Part shown: piece after piece, positions 10,101 through 19,468 of the stretch
How the letters are laid out: each line of letters starts with the position of its first letter
Numbering within the stretch: the first letter of the stretch is position 1
Assembly (NCBI GenBank): GCA_964460845.1
Contig: CAYWRZ010000001.1
Span: forward strand, 131,533-195,532
Length of the DNA: 64,000 nt
Origin: an uncultured Weeksellaceae bacterium
Lineage (GTDB): Bacteria > Bacteroidota > Bacteroidia > Flavobacteriales_D > UBA2798
Direction: 5' to 3'
Position numbers and translations under genes: made by a program
Notes under the pieces: generated by a model
Told to the model about the DNA's origin: nothing
Database searches by the model: none
What the model saw: the letters and a program-made list of their open reading frames with translations, nothing else

Positions 10101-12056
10101 ATGAAACTGCCCCTGATTCTTTTTCTGCTTTTCCCCTTATTCGCCTTTTCACAGGCCGACAGCTCTTTCAGAATACTGGAAAGAGAAGTAAGACTGTATT
10201 CCCATTATGATTCGTTGGCTACTTTCCGGAAAGGTGAAAAAGCCATTCAATTAGCTCAACAGCAAAATTATCCTACCGGCGAAGCACGTATAAGACTGCT
10301 TTACGGCAACTATTACTATTACCGCAACCAGCTTTCGCTGGCTAAGGAGCAATACTCGCTAGCACACCAGATAGCGCAGCAGGCGGGAGACATCAGCCTC
10401 CGCAACCTTTGTAGGATCAGGCTTACCTTTATCCTGGCCGACGAAGAAAGTCCGGAAGAAGCCATCGCTCTGTTTGCAGCTATCCTGCGCGAATCAAGGC
10501 AGTTGAACGACCCCATTAACAGTATCGAATGCCTCAACGCATTGGGGATCCTGTACGAAATGCAGAGGCAGTACGAAAAGTCCCTGCAATTGTATTTCGA
10601 CGCATTGCGCATTGCCGAAGCGAGCAATAACGAACATTACGAAGCCATTATTCTCAATAATCTCGGGCTGCTTTGTGTAGAAAGCGGAGATATCGATGAG
10701 GCGGTAAAAGATTTTGCCCGGGCGCTTCCCTTAGCCGAAAAGACTTCTAATCCGAGGCTGGCCAGTAACATCTATAACAACCTTGGTACGGTGTACCTCA
10801 GTCAAGGGAACTTTGAAGAGGCCGTTGCCCACTTTACCCGAAACCTTGACTACGCCAAACGCATCGGCCAGCCACGTGAAATGGGCGCCGCCTACGTCAA
10901 TATGGCAAGCGCTTATACCCTGGCGGGCGAACCTAAGCAGGCCCTGGCGTATTACGACTCGGCCATCCACGTGTTCGACAGCAAAGGACTTGTTTTCGGG
11001 CTCAGCGATGCCCTGGCGGGAAAAGCCGAAATCCTTATCCGCGAAGGACGTACCGGTCAGGCAGAAGCTCTGCTCGAAAGGGTACAGCTTGTTGCTGAAC
11101 GCCAAAACGACTCGGAAATGTTGCTGCTCCACCAGCGTTTACATTCGGAACTGTTCGAGAAGCAGGGGCGGTATCACGACGCGTTACAGGCACACCGCAC
11201 ATTCGATCGGATGAGAGACAGCCTTTCGGAGGCCAGCAGCCGTGAAGCGATCATCGGTCTCCGGAAAAACATACAAACCGAAAAAGAAAAAAACGAACTG
11301 ACACGCGCGCTCAACCGGGAGCTTATCCTCAAGCAGGAAGCGGAGCTAAACCGTATCCATCAGGGCATCTTGCTGGTTTCGATCATCGCCATTATTCTCG
11401 CTACCGGAGTTTTTTTGTATATTCGTTACATCGGCCGGATGCGGAAACAGCAGGAGTTTTTCTCTCGGCAGCTCATCGATAGAACCGAAGAAGAAAGAAG
11501 CCGAATTGCCCGCGATCTGCATGATGATTTGGGGCAGGCACTACTGGTCACCAAAGCAAAAATAGAACGCAGCCCGCAGTCTGAAGTACTGACGCAAAAC
11601 CTGGTGGAAGAGATGGGACTGCTCATTGAAAAAACGCGCAACCTGTCGCGACAGCTTTATCCCTCGTACCTCGAAAAGATCGGTTTTATCCGTTCAGTAG
11701 CCCGTATGCTCGAACAGTTGCAAGAAAGCAGCTTCATTGAATGCAGCTATGAGATTGACAAAGATGCGGATGCGCTCCCGATTTCCTTTCAGACACATCT
11801 TTTCCGCATCACGCAGGAATGTGTGAACAACACGCTGCGCCATGCCGGTGCCACCGCATTAAAAGTAAGTCTGGAAAAAACAGGACAGGACTTTACTTTC
11901 ACCTACCTCGACAATGGCCGGGGGCTGTCCAAAGCATCCTCTACCACGCGGGGAATGGGATTTCTCAGCATCCGTGAGCGCGCCAAAATGCTGGGAGGCG
12001 ACCTCAGCATACAGGACTCTGGAGGCAAAGGTTTTAAACTGCTTATTAAATTTTGA
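10101..12056 (+). CDS. TPR-repeat sensor histidine kinase (HisKA_3/NarX-type)
   Basis: Signal peptide, about 330 aa of TPR-like repeats (LNALGILYEMQRQYEKSLQLY and others), one TM helix, an H-box ARDLHDDLGQ, then an HATPase region (DNGRGL, GMGFLSIRERA). Confidence 0.85.
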   Translation: MKLPLILFLLFPLFAFSQADSSFRILEREVRLYSHYDSLATFRKGEKAIQLAQQQNYPTGEARIRLLYGNYYYYRNQLSLAKEQYSLAHQIAQQAGDISLRNLCRIRLTFILADEESPEEAIALFAAILRESRQLNDPINSIECLNALGILYEMQRQYEKSLQLYFDALRIAEASNNEHYEAIILNNLGLLCVESGDIDEAVKDFARALPLAEKTSNPRLASNIYNNLGTVYLSQGNFEEAVAHFTRNLDYAKRIGQPREMGAAYVNMASAYTLAGEPKQALAYYDSAIHVFDSKGLVFGLSDALAGKAEILIREGRTGQAEALLERVQLVAERQNDSEMLLLHQRLHSELFEKQGRYHDALQAHRTFDRMRDSLSEASSREAIIGLRKNIQTEKEKNELTRALNRELILKQEAELNRIHQGILLVSIIAIILATGVFLYIRYIGRMRKQQEFFSRQLIDRTEEERSRIARDLHDDLGQALLVTKAKIERSPQSEVLTQNLVEEMGLLIEKTRNLSRQLYPSYLEKIGFIRSVARMLEQLQESSFIECSYEIDKDADALPISFQTHLFRITQECVNNTLRHAGATALKVSLEKTGQDFTFTYLDNGRGLSKASSTTRGMGFLSIRERAKMLGGDLSIQDSGGKGFKLLIKF

Positions 12057-12065
12057 CACCATACC

Positions 12066-12728
12066 ATGAAATTTCTGGTAGCAGACGATCATCCCATATT
12101 CAGACGCGGACTCTGTGACATCCTTGCAGGTCGTTATGCCCATGCCGAATTTATCGAATGCGAAACCGGGCAGGAAGCCTTGCATATTCTGCGTAAAGAA
12201 AAACCCGAAATAGCGGTGCTGGATATTGATATGCCCCTGCTCAATGGGCTGGAAGTATGCCAAACGGCTTATCGCGAGAACCTTCCCTCGAAAATCATCA
12301 TACTGACCATGCACAAAGACGCCGAAATGTTTAACAAAGCATTTTTATCGGGTGCACTCGGTTATGTGGTAAAAGACAATTCGGTAAGAAATCTGCTCGA
12401 CTGTGTCGCTCAGGTATTACTCAATAAAAAATACATTGACCCCGTATTACAAGACTTTGCAGCACAATACACCGAAACCGATAAACGTAAAGCCGAATTG
12501 CGCGCGCTGCTACAATCTTTAACGCAGTCTGAGCTGAAAACCCTGCGCCTGGTAGCCAGCAACCACTCGTGCAGAGAAATTGCCGAATTACTTTTTGTCT
12601 CCGTAAAGACTGCCGAAAACTATCGATCAAGGGTTTGCAAAAAACTACAGCTCGACCCACGCAACAACAGCTTACTTCATTGGGTAATGGAGCACCGGGA
12701 TTTACTGCGCACCATACGCGAATTCTAA
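12066..12728 (+). CDS. Response regulator, NarL/LuxR family
   Basis: Receiver domain (MKFLVADDHPIF, VLDIDMP) plus a C-terminal LuxR HTH (LTQSELKTLRLVASNHSCREIAELLFVSVKTAENYRSRVCKKL). Starts 9 nt after the kinase gene. Confidence 0.9.
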   Translation: MKFLVADDHPIFRRGLCDILAGRYAHAEFIECETGQEALHILRKEKPEIAVLDIDMPLLNGLEVCQTAYRENLPSKIIILTMHKDAEMFNKAFLSGALGYVVKDNSVRNLLDCVAQVLLNKKYIDPVLQDFAAQYTETDKRKAELRALLQSLTQSELKTLRLVASNHSCREIAELLFVSVKTAENYRSRVCKKLQLDPRNNSLLHWVMEHRDLLRTIREF

Positions 12729-13046
12729 GTGTTTCTCTGCGCTTAATCAACCAAGCCTACCGCTCCTACAACAATAGGGCTTTGAGGGGCTACCTCTCTT
12801 TTTGCCTGCTCAGAACACAGGTATATTTGTTTTAAAGCAAACCCCTGAATCCTGAAAGGCTGACCCCCTATGAAAAAAATCATTATCGAGCCCATCTTCT
12901 GTCATCAGAAATAAAGGCATTTCCAATTGCTTGCTGCTGGAATAAAAGCTTCGCTCTTTTTTCCTTTTAAAGAAACCCGTAACGAATCCCCAGTTTTTTT
13001 ACACGATTTTCGTGTTTGCTGTGTGATTTTTAACGTAAGCTCGCGT

Positions 13047-13760
13047 TTATTTCTCTTCACAGGCACAATCTTCCTCTTGCGCTTCCTGCAATTTGCTTAC
13101 GTTCAAAATGCGACTTTTCTTTTCTGCCGCTTCCACCATAAACCGGTATTCTCCATTGACTATCGCATATAAAGGATGTGGGAGATTTCGCGGAAAACTT
13201 TCCTCAGGCAGGGCTTTTCCTTCTTGCACCAATTTACGCACCTGATCGTCGGTTAAGCCGTAACAATCAAGCTGGCACTTCGCTTTCCGTACCATGCTGA
13301 GTTCCCGATCAAGAAATAATTTCCGGATCATTTCATCGGGCATGCTCACCACCCGGGGATTGTCGTGATTTAATCCTGCGCAGGCACATACTTCGGAAGA
13401 AAGTACGGCATCTACCTCCGCAAGGCTGTCGCGCAGTACGAAAGCAAGCTTGAACTCGGAACGGTCGGCTGCCCGTTGGCCTTTTATCACGTAAATCTTT
13501 GGTGTGGTATTAGGCTGACTTTCCGCAAACATCACTTCTCCTTCGCGGGTAGCGGTATAAAGATCCGTATCCGTAATCCGATGGCAATCCATCACGCATT
13601 GCAACGAATCGCTACGCATAAGAATGGAGGATGTAAGCTGATTAAGCACCCGGTTACCGGGCAACCAGCCACAGCCGCGTCCCTGAAAAAGGAAAAAGGA
13701 AAGTAGCGTACCCAAACCTACACCTACCAGATAATAGCGTAACCGCTTCCAAAATTTCAT
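13047..13760 (-). CDS. Hypothetical membrane-anchored protein with two internal repeats
   Basis: ORF 13047-13871. ATG at 13760 gives MKFWKRLRYYLVGVGLGTLLSFFLF (TM anchor) and avoids overlap with ald. Two modules each start C-x2-DC-x-[IL]TD (CVMDCHRITDTD and CQLDCYGLTDDQ). Confidence 0.6.
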   Translation of the reverse strand: MKFWKRLRYYLVGVGLGTLLSFFLFQGRGCGWLPGNRVLNQLTSSILMRSDSLQCVMDCHRITDTDLYTATREGEVMFAESQPNTTPKIYVIKGQRAADRSEFKLAFVLRDSLAEVDAVLSSEVCACAGLNHDNPRVVSMPDEMIRKLFLDRELSMVRKAKCQLDCYGLTDDQVRKLVQEGKALPEESFPRNLPHPLYAIVNGEYRFMVEAAEKKSRILNVSKLQEAQEEDCACEEK

Positions 13761-13770
13761 GGGCGCAAAG

Positions 13771-14991
13771 TTACAGCGCAGCCGATAATAAATCAATGTC
13801 TTTGTAGGGAAGCCCAAAAGCCTCGCCCAGCACCGGATGCGTGAGTGTTCCGTTGAGAATATAAACGCCATTGCGAAAGCCGAGGTCGGATTTTATAAGC
13901 CGATCGCAGCCTCCCGCCTCACCAATGTTGATCAGCAGGGGACCAAAAATATTACTCAGGGCGAAAGAAGCGGTACGCGGTACGCGCGAAGCGATATTAG
14001 GCACACAATAATGAATCACACCGTACTTGACAAACACAGGATTAGTATGTGTGGTCACTCTCGACGTTTCAAAACATCCGCCCTGATCGATGCTTACGTC
14101 GATCAGCACGGAGCCTTCTTTAAGCTGTTGTATCATTCCTTCAGAAACCACACAGGGTGTGCGACCGGTCTTGGAACGGATAGCACCTATCACCACATCG
14201 GCCGTACGCATTGCTTTTTCAATAACCCGGGGCTGAATAATGGAAGTGTGCAAACGCACGCCTAAATCGTTCTGCAAACGACGCAGACGGTATTGCGAAT
14301 TGTCGAATACTTTTACGGTAGCGCCCAGCCCTATAGCCGAACGCGTTGCGTATTCACCTACCGTACCGGCACCGAGAATCAGCACTTCGGTGGGCGTAAT
14401 TCCCGATACGCCTCCCATAATCATTCCTTTGCCGTTATTGCTTTTGCTGAGGTATTCGGCAGCAATCAAAATTGCAGTAGTGCCGGCTATCTCACCCATA
14501 GAGCGAATAACGGGAAATATGCCTTCCTCATCACGCACATGCTCCCAGGCAATGGCAGTGATTTTTTTCTGCATCAATCGCTTCAGGGTATCTTTAGGCT
14601 GTACGTTCAGTTGCAGTGCCGAAAAAAGGGTCTGCCTCGGCTGCATCATACTGATCTCTTCGGCCGAAGGAGGTGCCACCTTCATCAGAATGTCGGCCTT
14701 ATATACTTCAGACGCATCATAAGCAATCTGCGCGCCTGCTTCGCTGTATTCGTTGTCGGTAAAATTGGCCATCTTCCCGGCCTGCGTTTCCACGATTACG
14801 CGGTGTCCGTTACTGACCAGCAGCGCCACGGCATCGGGCACCAGCGCTACGCGGTTTTCCTGAAAAGACGATTCACGCGGAATTCCGATGTAAAGACTTT
14901 TCTTGCAACGCCCTGTTTCAAGCATTTCTTCCTGTGGAACCCTTACGGCTTCCAGAGCCAGCGACTTGAGCGCCTCATGGGAAATTTTCAT
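13771..14991 (-). CDS. Alanine dehydrogenase family (AlaDH/PNT) protein
   Basis: ORF 13771-15054; ATG at 14991 preferred. Contains IGIPRESSFQENRVALVPDAV and the Rossmann motif VLILGAGTVGEYA. Confidence 0.8.
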   Translation of the reverse strand: MKISHEALKSLALEAVRVPQEEMLETGRCKKSLYIGIPRESSFQENRVALVPDAVALLVSNGHRVIVETQAGKMANFTDNEYSEAGAQIAYDASEVYKADILMKVAPPSAEEISMMQPRQTLFSALQLNVQPKDTLKRLMQKKITAIAWEHVRDEEGIFPVIRSMGEIAGTTAILIAAEYLSKSNNGKGMIMGGVSGITPTEVLILGAGTVGEYATRSAIGLGATVKVFDNSQYRLRRLQNDLGVRLHTSIIQPRVIEKAMRTADVVIGAIRSKTGRTPCVVSEGMIQQLKEGSVLIDVSIDQGGCFETSRVTTHTNPVFVKYGVIHYCVPNIASRVPRTASFALSNIFGPLLINIGEAGGCDRLIKSDLGFRNGVYILNGTLTHPVLGEAFGLPYKDIDLLSAAL

Positions 14992-15419
14992 CGGGGAAGG
15001 GTAATTATTCGTGCAATAGTAGATGGGATAACTTCGATCGTGACCTGTACGCAACCGGGTGGCAAAAGGTTATAAATTTTTTGCGGCCACTCGATGAAAC
15101 AGTAGTGTCCGCTGTAAAAATACTCCTCGCAACCCATCGCCAATGCTTCTTCTTCCTGCTGAATGCGGTAAAAATCGAAATGATATACCGGCTCGCCGCT
15201 GTCGCTGCGATACTCGTTGACCAGGGCAAACGTAGGACTGGAAGTCTGCTCACGCACCCCCAACTGCTTACACAAGGCCGCAATAAAAGTAGTCTTACCG
15301 GCACCCATTTCTCCCTGAAAAGCAAATACCCGTGCCTCTTGGGCCGATTGCAACAAGCGGGCAGCCGCTTCTTCAAGCTGTGTAAGATTTTCTACAGTAA
15401 AAGCGTGTGGCTCCGGCAT
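14988..15419 (-). CDS. tsaE: tRNA t6A37 biosynthesis ATPase TsaE
   Basis: ORF 14988-15476; ATG at 15419 preferred. Contains P-loop GEMGAGKTTF and the YHFDFYR motif. Its stop overlaps the ald start (ATGA). Confidence 0.85.
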   Translation of the reverse strand: MPEPHAFTVENLTQLEEAAARLLQSAQEARVFAFQGEMGAGKTTFIAALCKQLGVREQTSSPTFALVNEYRSDSGEPVYHFDFYRIQQEEEALAMGCEEYFYSGHYCFIEWPQKIYNLLPPGCVQVTIEVIPSTIARIITLPR

Positions 15420-15472
15420 AAGCGCAAAAATACGGGTTTTTGGCACATCCCGGCACGCCGAAAAAAGAGGAA

Positions 15473-16492
15473 TCACTTCGCTGTTGGCCTACGCTGCCGA
15501 TAGAAATTACAGGCGTGAAGAATCGATTCGTGAATAGGAATAAAAGGTTGCGGGGCAAATGCCTGCGCTTTGCGGTTATTGTAAGCAAACTGCTGGTATG
15601 CGCTACGCGCCGTTTCGCGGGTGATAAGCGGTGCGCCACCGAAAAAAAACCGACGGAGCTTTTCTATACGCCAGGCCAAACCACTCCATACCGGAGCTAC
15701 TGAAACAGAGGGTTTGTTCCGATCGAGCGCCACCGCAATGGAGTCGAATACCTCACGAAAAGGAAGGTTTTGAGCCACCAGCAGGTAACGCTGACCCGAA
15801 ATGCCGCTTTTCATCAGTTCCGTCATCAGCCTGACTACATCACGCACATCGACAAAACCGGTAGAACCCGAAGTGTAATAGCGCAAGCCTTCGGCCACCT
15901 GACGAAACATGGCCGGACTGCCTCCGCTGCGCGAAGAAGGGCCAATGATGATCCCGGGATTGACAATCACGGCATTCAGTCCTTCTTCTATACCACGCCA
16001 TACTTCGCGTTCGGCATTGTATTTCGTAATGGCGTAATGTGAATTTTCGGGCGAATTTTTCCAAAGCGTACGCTCGTCGATAAGCGATTTATCGATGGTT
16101 TTACCCACAGCCGCCGTAGAGCTCACGTGGCAAAGCTTTTTAATGCCTGCATCTAGACAGGCGTTCACCACATTGGCCGTGCCTTCTTCGTTAATCCGTT
16201 GCATCAATCGACGGTCGCGCGGATCAAAAGACACCAGTGCCGCACAGTGATACACATATTCTACACCTTCGAGCGCATCTTCGAGCGAAAAAAGATCGGT
16301 TACATCACCCTCTACCCATTCTATGCGCTGAAAAAGCGCCTCGTTGACATCGCCGTAATAAGCAAAAACGGCTTTTACTTCCGACAGGTCGGCCGTTGCA
16401 CGACGGATAGCACGCACATTTTCGCCCGCCGCAGCGAGCGTATAAAGCAGGTGCGTACCCACCAGTCCTGTACCTCCGGTAACCAAAATCAT
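15473..16492 (-). CDS. NAD-dependent epimerase/dehydratase family (extended SDR)
   Basis: MILVTGGTGLVGTHL Rossmann motif and YAITKYNAE (YxxxK). Confidence 0.8.
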   Translation of the reverse strand: MILVTGGTGLVGTHLLYTLAAAGENVRAIRRATADLSEVKAVFAYYGDVNEALFQRIEWVEGDVTDLFSLEDALEGVEYVYHCAALVSFDPRDRRLMQRINEEGTANVVNACLDAGIKKLCHVSSTAAVGKTIDKSLIDERTLWKNSPENSHYAITKYNAEREVWRGIEEGLNAVIVNPGIIIGPSSRSGGSPAMFRQVAEGLRYYTSGSTGFVDVRDVVRLMTELMKSGISGQRYLLVAQNLPFREVFDSIAVALDRNKPSVSVAPVWSGLAWRIEKLRRFFFGGAPLITRETARSAYQQFAYNNRKAQAFAPQPFIPIHESILHACNFYRQRRPTAK

Positions 16493-16559
16493 GGCGTTAA
16501 AAGTACATAAAAAGCGTCTTGAAAAACGGGAACGGCTACGGTATGCGGGGCAAAAAATT

Positions 16560-16567
16560 TATCTTTG
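16560..16567 (+). promoter_or_regulatory. -7 box TATCTTTG upstream of tyrS
   Basis: Exact TAnnTTTG ending 21 nt before the ATG at 16589. Confidence 0.5.
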
Positions 16568-16588
16568 ACGCCAAACAGAGTCCACACC

Positions 16589-17866
16589 ATGAATTTTATA
16601 GAAGAGCTTCGCTGGAGAGGAATGTTGCACGACATTATGCCCGGTACCGAAGAACTGCTTTCTTCCGGAGAAACGGTAAGCGGATATATCGGCTTTGACC
16701 CCACCGCCGATTCGCTCGGCGTAGGCAACCTTGTGCAGGTAATGACCCTCGTTCATTTTCAGCGGGCAGGCCATAAACCCATCGCGCTGGTAGGCGGTGC
16801 TACGGGCATTGTGGGCGATCCTTCGGGACGGAGTCAGGAACGTAATATGCTGAACGAAGAGAGCCTGCGTCATAATTTGGCCTGTCAACGCGCCCAACTG
16901 GAAAAGTTTCTGAATTTCGACTGCGGTGAAAATTCGGCCGAAATCGTCAACAACTACGACTGGTTCAGCCGGTTCAATTTCCTTGATTTTATCAGTCAGG
17001 TAGGCCGTCACATCAGCATCAACTATATGCTGGCAAAAGATTCGGTAAAAAGCAGGCTCGAAAACGGAATGTCGTTTACCGAATTTACCTATCAGCTTAT
17101 ACAGGGTTACGATTTTTACCACCTCTGGAAAGAAAAAGGCGCGAAGCTGCAAATGGGCGGCTCCGATCAGTGGGGCAACATCACCACCGGCACGGAGCTT
17201 ATCCGCCGGATAGATGCGGGCGAGGCTTTTGCACTCACTACTCCACTTATCCGCAAGGCCGACGGCACCAAGTTCGGCAAGTCGGAAGGAGGCAATATCT
17301 GGCTCGACAAAAAACGTACTTCGGCTTATAAATTTTACCAGTTTTGGCTCAACGCTTCCGATTCGGACGTAGAAAATTACATCCGTATTTTTTCGATTCG
17401 CTCGCGTGAAGAGCTGGAAAGCTTAATTACGGCACACCGCGCAGCACCGCACGAAAGAGTGTTGCAAAAAGAGCTGGCCAAAGAAATTACCGTGCGGGTA
17501 CATTCGACCGAAGATTACGAAGCCGCGCTCGAGGCTTCGCAGATTCTTTTTGGAAAGGCCACTTCCGAAAATTTGAAAAAGCTGAGTGAAGAAGATTTTT
17601 TGGCTGTGTTTGAAGGCGTGCCGCAGGGACGTATTTCGCGCAGCGAGCTTCAGGAAGGCATTTCACTTATCGACTTACTTTCAGACAAATCGGGTTTTTT
17701 GAAGTCGAAAGGAGAAGCACGCCGGGCTTTAGAAGAAAACTCAATCAGCCTCAATAAAGACAAAGTAAATCCCGAACAGAAAGTGGAAGTCTCCGATCTG
17801 ATCAGCGGCAAGTACCTGCTGCTTCAACGCGGGAAGAAGAATTATTTTGTGGTGGTGGTGGAGTAA
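16589..17866 (+). CDS. tyrS: Tyrosine--tRNA ligase
   Basis: ORF 16565-17866; ATG at 16589 gives [15 protein letters not shown]. Contains a class I HIGH-like [20 protein letters not shown] (KMSKS-like) and a C-terminal S4 domain. Confidence 0.95.
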   Translation: MNFIEELRWRGMLHDIMPGTEELLSSGETVSGYIGFDPTADSLGVGNLVQVMTLVHFQRAGHKPIALVGGATGIVGDPSGRSQERNMLNEESLRHNLACQRAQLEKFLNFDCGENSAEIVNNYDWFSRFNFLDFISQVGRHISINYMLAKDSVKSRLENGMSFTEFTYQLIQGYDFYHLWKEKGAKLQMGGSDQWGNITTGTELIRRIDAGEAFALTTPLIRKADGTKFGKSEGGNIWLDKKRTSAYKFYQFWLNASDSDVENYIRIFSIRSREELESLITAHRAAPHERVLQKELAKEITVRVHSTEDYEAALEASQILFGKATSENLKKLSEEDFLAVFEGVPQGRISRSELQEGISLIDLLSDKSGFLKSKGEARRALEENSISLNKDKVNPEQKVEVSDLISGKYLLLQRGKKNYFVVVVE

Positions 17867-18095
17867 ACCTGTACTATTTATTACGTTCCAGCACCCTTCT
17901 TTTTTTGCGAAAAAGCGTTTTGCTATAGGAAACCCCCCTTCTTTATTCCCTTGTAAATGAGCAGGTTAACCCGTCTTTCGGGCTAAATATCGCTATCAAA
18001 AATCGGGCATACTTACACTTCGAAAAAAGTAATCTTGTTTGCTTGTAATTTCGTAATAAATCCGTGTAAGGTCTCATTTCCGGGTTTAAACTTGC
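17827..18095 (+). repeat. Direct repeat copy 1: tyrS 3' end plus downstream spacer
   Basis: The 41-nt core ACGCGGGAAGAAGAATTATTTTGTGGTGGTGGTGGAGTAAA recurs at 18807 with one substitution. The following ~230 nt align more loosely (shared CACCCTTCTTTTT, ATCAAAA, ACTTCGAAAAAAG, TCATTTC). The 3' boundary is approximate. Confidence 0.8.
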
Positions 18096-18183
18096 CACAC
18101 ACGATTGGGTGAAGCGCCGATTTCCGGTAACTCGACACCTCCACTTAATGCGTCGGTTTAAAAACTTGGAAATTCGCTATTTA

Positions 18184-18204
18184 TGTAATTACTTTGTAAT
18201 CACA
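18184..18204 (+). promoter_or_regulatory. Inverted repeat TGTAATTAC-ttt-GTAATCACA, candidate antitoxin operator
   Basis: 8 of 9 positions are complementary. It ends 11 nt upstream of the antitoxin ATG. Type II TA operons are usually autoregulated at such palindromes. Confidence 0.35.
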
Positions 18205-18215
18205 TAAACGAAGCT

Positions 18216-18464
18216 ATGGAACTTTCAGTAATTAACATCGGTAACTCAAAGGGAATACGGCTTTCCAAGACTATTCTCGAAAAATACCACATCAGTGACA
18301 AAATTGAACTGATTTTTGAGAAAGGCTATATTATTTTGAAACCAAAGACCGAAGCGAGAAAAGGCTGGGAAAAAGCTTTTAAGAAAATGCATGAAAACGG
18401 CGACGATCAGCTTTTGATAGACGATGTGTTTGAAGACGAAAGCTTTGAAGAATGGAGCAGATAA
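18216..18464 (+). CDS. mazE: AbrB/MazE/SpoVT-type antitoxin
   Basis: 82 aa. MELSVINIGNSKGIRLSKTILEKYHISDKIELIFEKGYIILKP is a swapped-hairpin AbrB-like DNA-binding domain. The tail is acidic, and the gene overlaps the toxin gene by 13 nt. Confidence 0.85.
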   Translation: MELSVINIGNSKGIRLSKTILEKYHISDKIELIFEKGYIILKPKTEARKGWEKAFKKMHENGDDQLLIDDVFEDESFEEWSR

Positions 18465-18778
18465 CGCAATATGACATTGTATTGGTAAACCTGGATCCCA
18501 CAATAGGTAGCGAAATAAACAAGACGAGACCTTGTGTGGTGTTATCTCCAAATGAAATGAACAGGCACTTACAAACAATAATTGTAGCGCCTATCACGAG
18601 CAACTTGAAATCTTACCCCACTCGGGTAGAGATTCGACACAAAAACACAAAAGGCCGTATAGCGATTGATCAGATTCGAACCATAGACCGGGCAAGAATC
18701 GTAAAGCGTTTTGAAACTTTGACGGCGAAAGAAGTAGAAAAAGTGAAGAACGTTCTGCGTGAAACGTTTGTAGATTAA
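18452..18778 (+). CDS. mazF: PemK/MazF family toxin (mRNA interferase)
   Basis: 108 aa. DIVLVNLDPTIGSEINKTRPCVVLSP aligns with E. coli MazF DLIWVDFDPTKGSEQAGHRPAVVLSP. Confidence 0.9.
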   Translation: MEQITQYDIVLVNLDPTIGSEINKTRPCVVLSPNEMNRHLQTIIVAPITSNLKSYPTRVEIRHKNTKGRIAIDQIRTIDRARIVKRFETLTAKEVEKVKNVLRETFVD

Positions 18779-18806
18779 GAAAAAATCCCGGAAAGATCAC
18801 GTAACC

Positions 18807-18846
18807 ACGCGGGAAGCAGAATTATTTTGTGGTGGTGGTGGAGTAA
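18807..18846 (+). pseudogene. Orphan fragment duplicating the last 12 codons and stop of tyrS
   Basis: Reads [12 protein letters not shown]-stop versus [12 protein letters not shown]-stop at the true tyrS end. There is no upstream tyrS coding sequence. Confidence 0.75.
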
Positions 18847-19023
18847 AGCCGGTACAGTTTATTCCGCGCAACACCCTTCTTTTTCGAGAAAAACAGTCTT
18901 CCTGTTCGATACATCCCTCTATAAAACATCGCTAATTAGCGTGTTACACCCACCTGAAAGATGGCTATTGTGATCAAAAGTAGCGTATAATTAAACTTCG
19001 AAAAAAGCTATTCCCTTCTCGTT

Positions 19024-19031
19024 TAACTTTG
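19024..19031 (+). promoter_or_regulatory. -7 box TAACTTTG upstream of the 77-aa ORF
   Basis: Exact TAnnTTTG inside repeat copy 2, 41 nt before the ATG at 19073. Confidence 0.4.
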
Positions 19032-19072
19032 CAGCTATCAAAAGTTTCATTTCTGATTTTAAGCTGTAAAAA

Positions 19073-19306
19073 ATGAAAAAGCAAAAGTTAAGCATCACTG
19101 TCCGGTATCTGCTACCGTCTTTTTTTTCGGGAGCGGCTACCACACTCAATCTGGCGGGGAATTTTTATACGCATCGTCTTTTGCGCATCGAGGAGGGCTG
19201 GCTGGAAGACCGAATAGCCCTGAGGAACGACTTCGAAGCCATAGGACAGGATTTCGGCTTTATGCCGGACAAACAGTCTAGTTCCCCTGCCAATCCTCCC
19301 TTGTAA
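19073..19306 (+). CDS. Small hypothetical protein (77 aa)
   Basis: ATG-initiated ORF with a promoter box upstream. The LNLAGNF ... DRIALRNDFEAIGQDF segment resembles a small-protein pattern (D-x-x-A-L-x-x-D-[WF]-x-x-[VI]-G-x-D) that I recall only vaguely. No family name is claimed. Confidence 0.5.
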   Translation: MKKQKLSITVRYLLPSFFSGAATTLNLAGNFYTHRLLRIEEGWLEDRIALRNDFEAIGQDFGFMPDKQSSSPANPPL

Positions 19307-19468
19307 CTTACAAAAGTAACACAAAGGCTGAACGTACACCGTCAATCGGAACATTCCCCAACTATGCCGGGCGAAATCAACCGCATTAGTTTGAAAGGGA
19401 TTTCTGTGCCACATAAAAAAACAGCTTTTACCACCACTCCTAATGTCCCTTTCTCCCTTCTCCCAAAA

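Larger units (their letters stand above)
18807..19072 (+). repeat. Direct repeat copy 2 of the tyrS 3' end plus spacer
   Basis: Offset of 978-980 nt from copy 1. The core at 18807-18847 differs by one substitution and a 1-nt indel follows it. It continues to the start of the 77-aa ORF. Confidence 0.8.

Noticed and set aside
12870-12914. A 14-codon micro-ORF (MKKIIIEPIFCHQK) in the 318-nt spacer after the response regulator gene. It could be a leader or signalling peptide.
   Set aside because: I found no promoter box, no downstream attenuator structure and no partner gene. An ORF of this size is expected by chance in a 318-nt spacer.
18126-18155. GGTAAC-N19-CGTC upstream of the mazE-like gene, which resembles an ECF promoter.
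   Set aside because: A 19-nt spacer is outside the 16-17 nt tolerated by ECF sigmas. The flanking bases do not match the CTGTAAC and CGTCACAC extended motif shared by the three good sites.
18673-18682. GATTCGAACC, a T-loop-like string that could hint at a tRNA or tRNA fragment used as an integration target.
   Set aside because: It lies in frame inside the mazF-like coding sequence (DQIRTID), and no acceptor or anticodon arms can be drawn around it.
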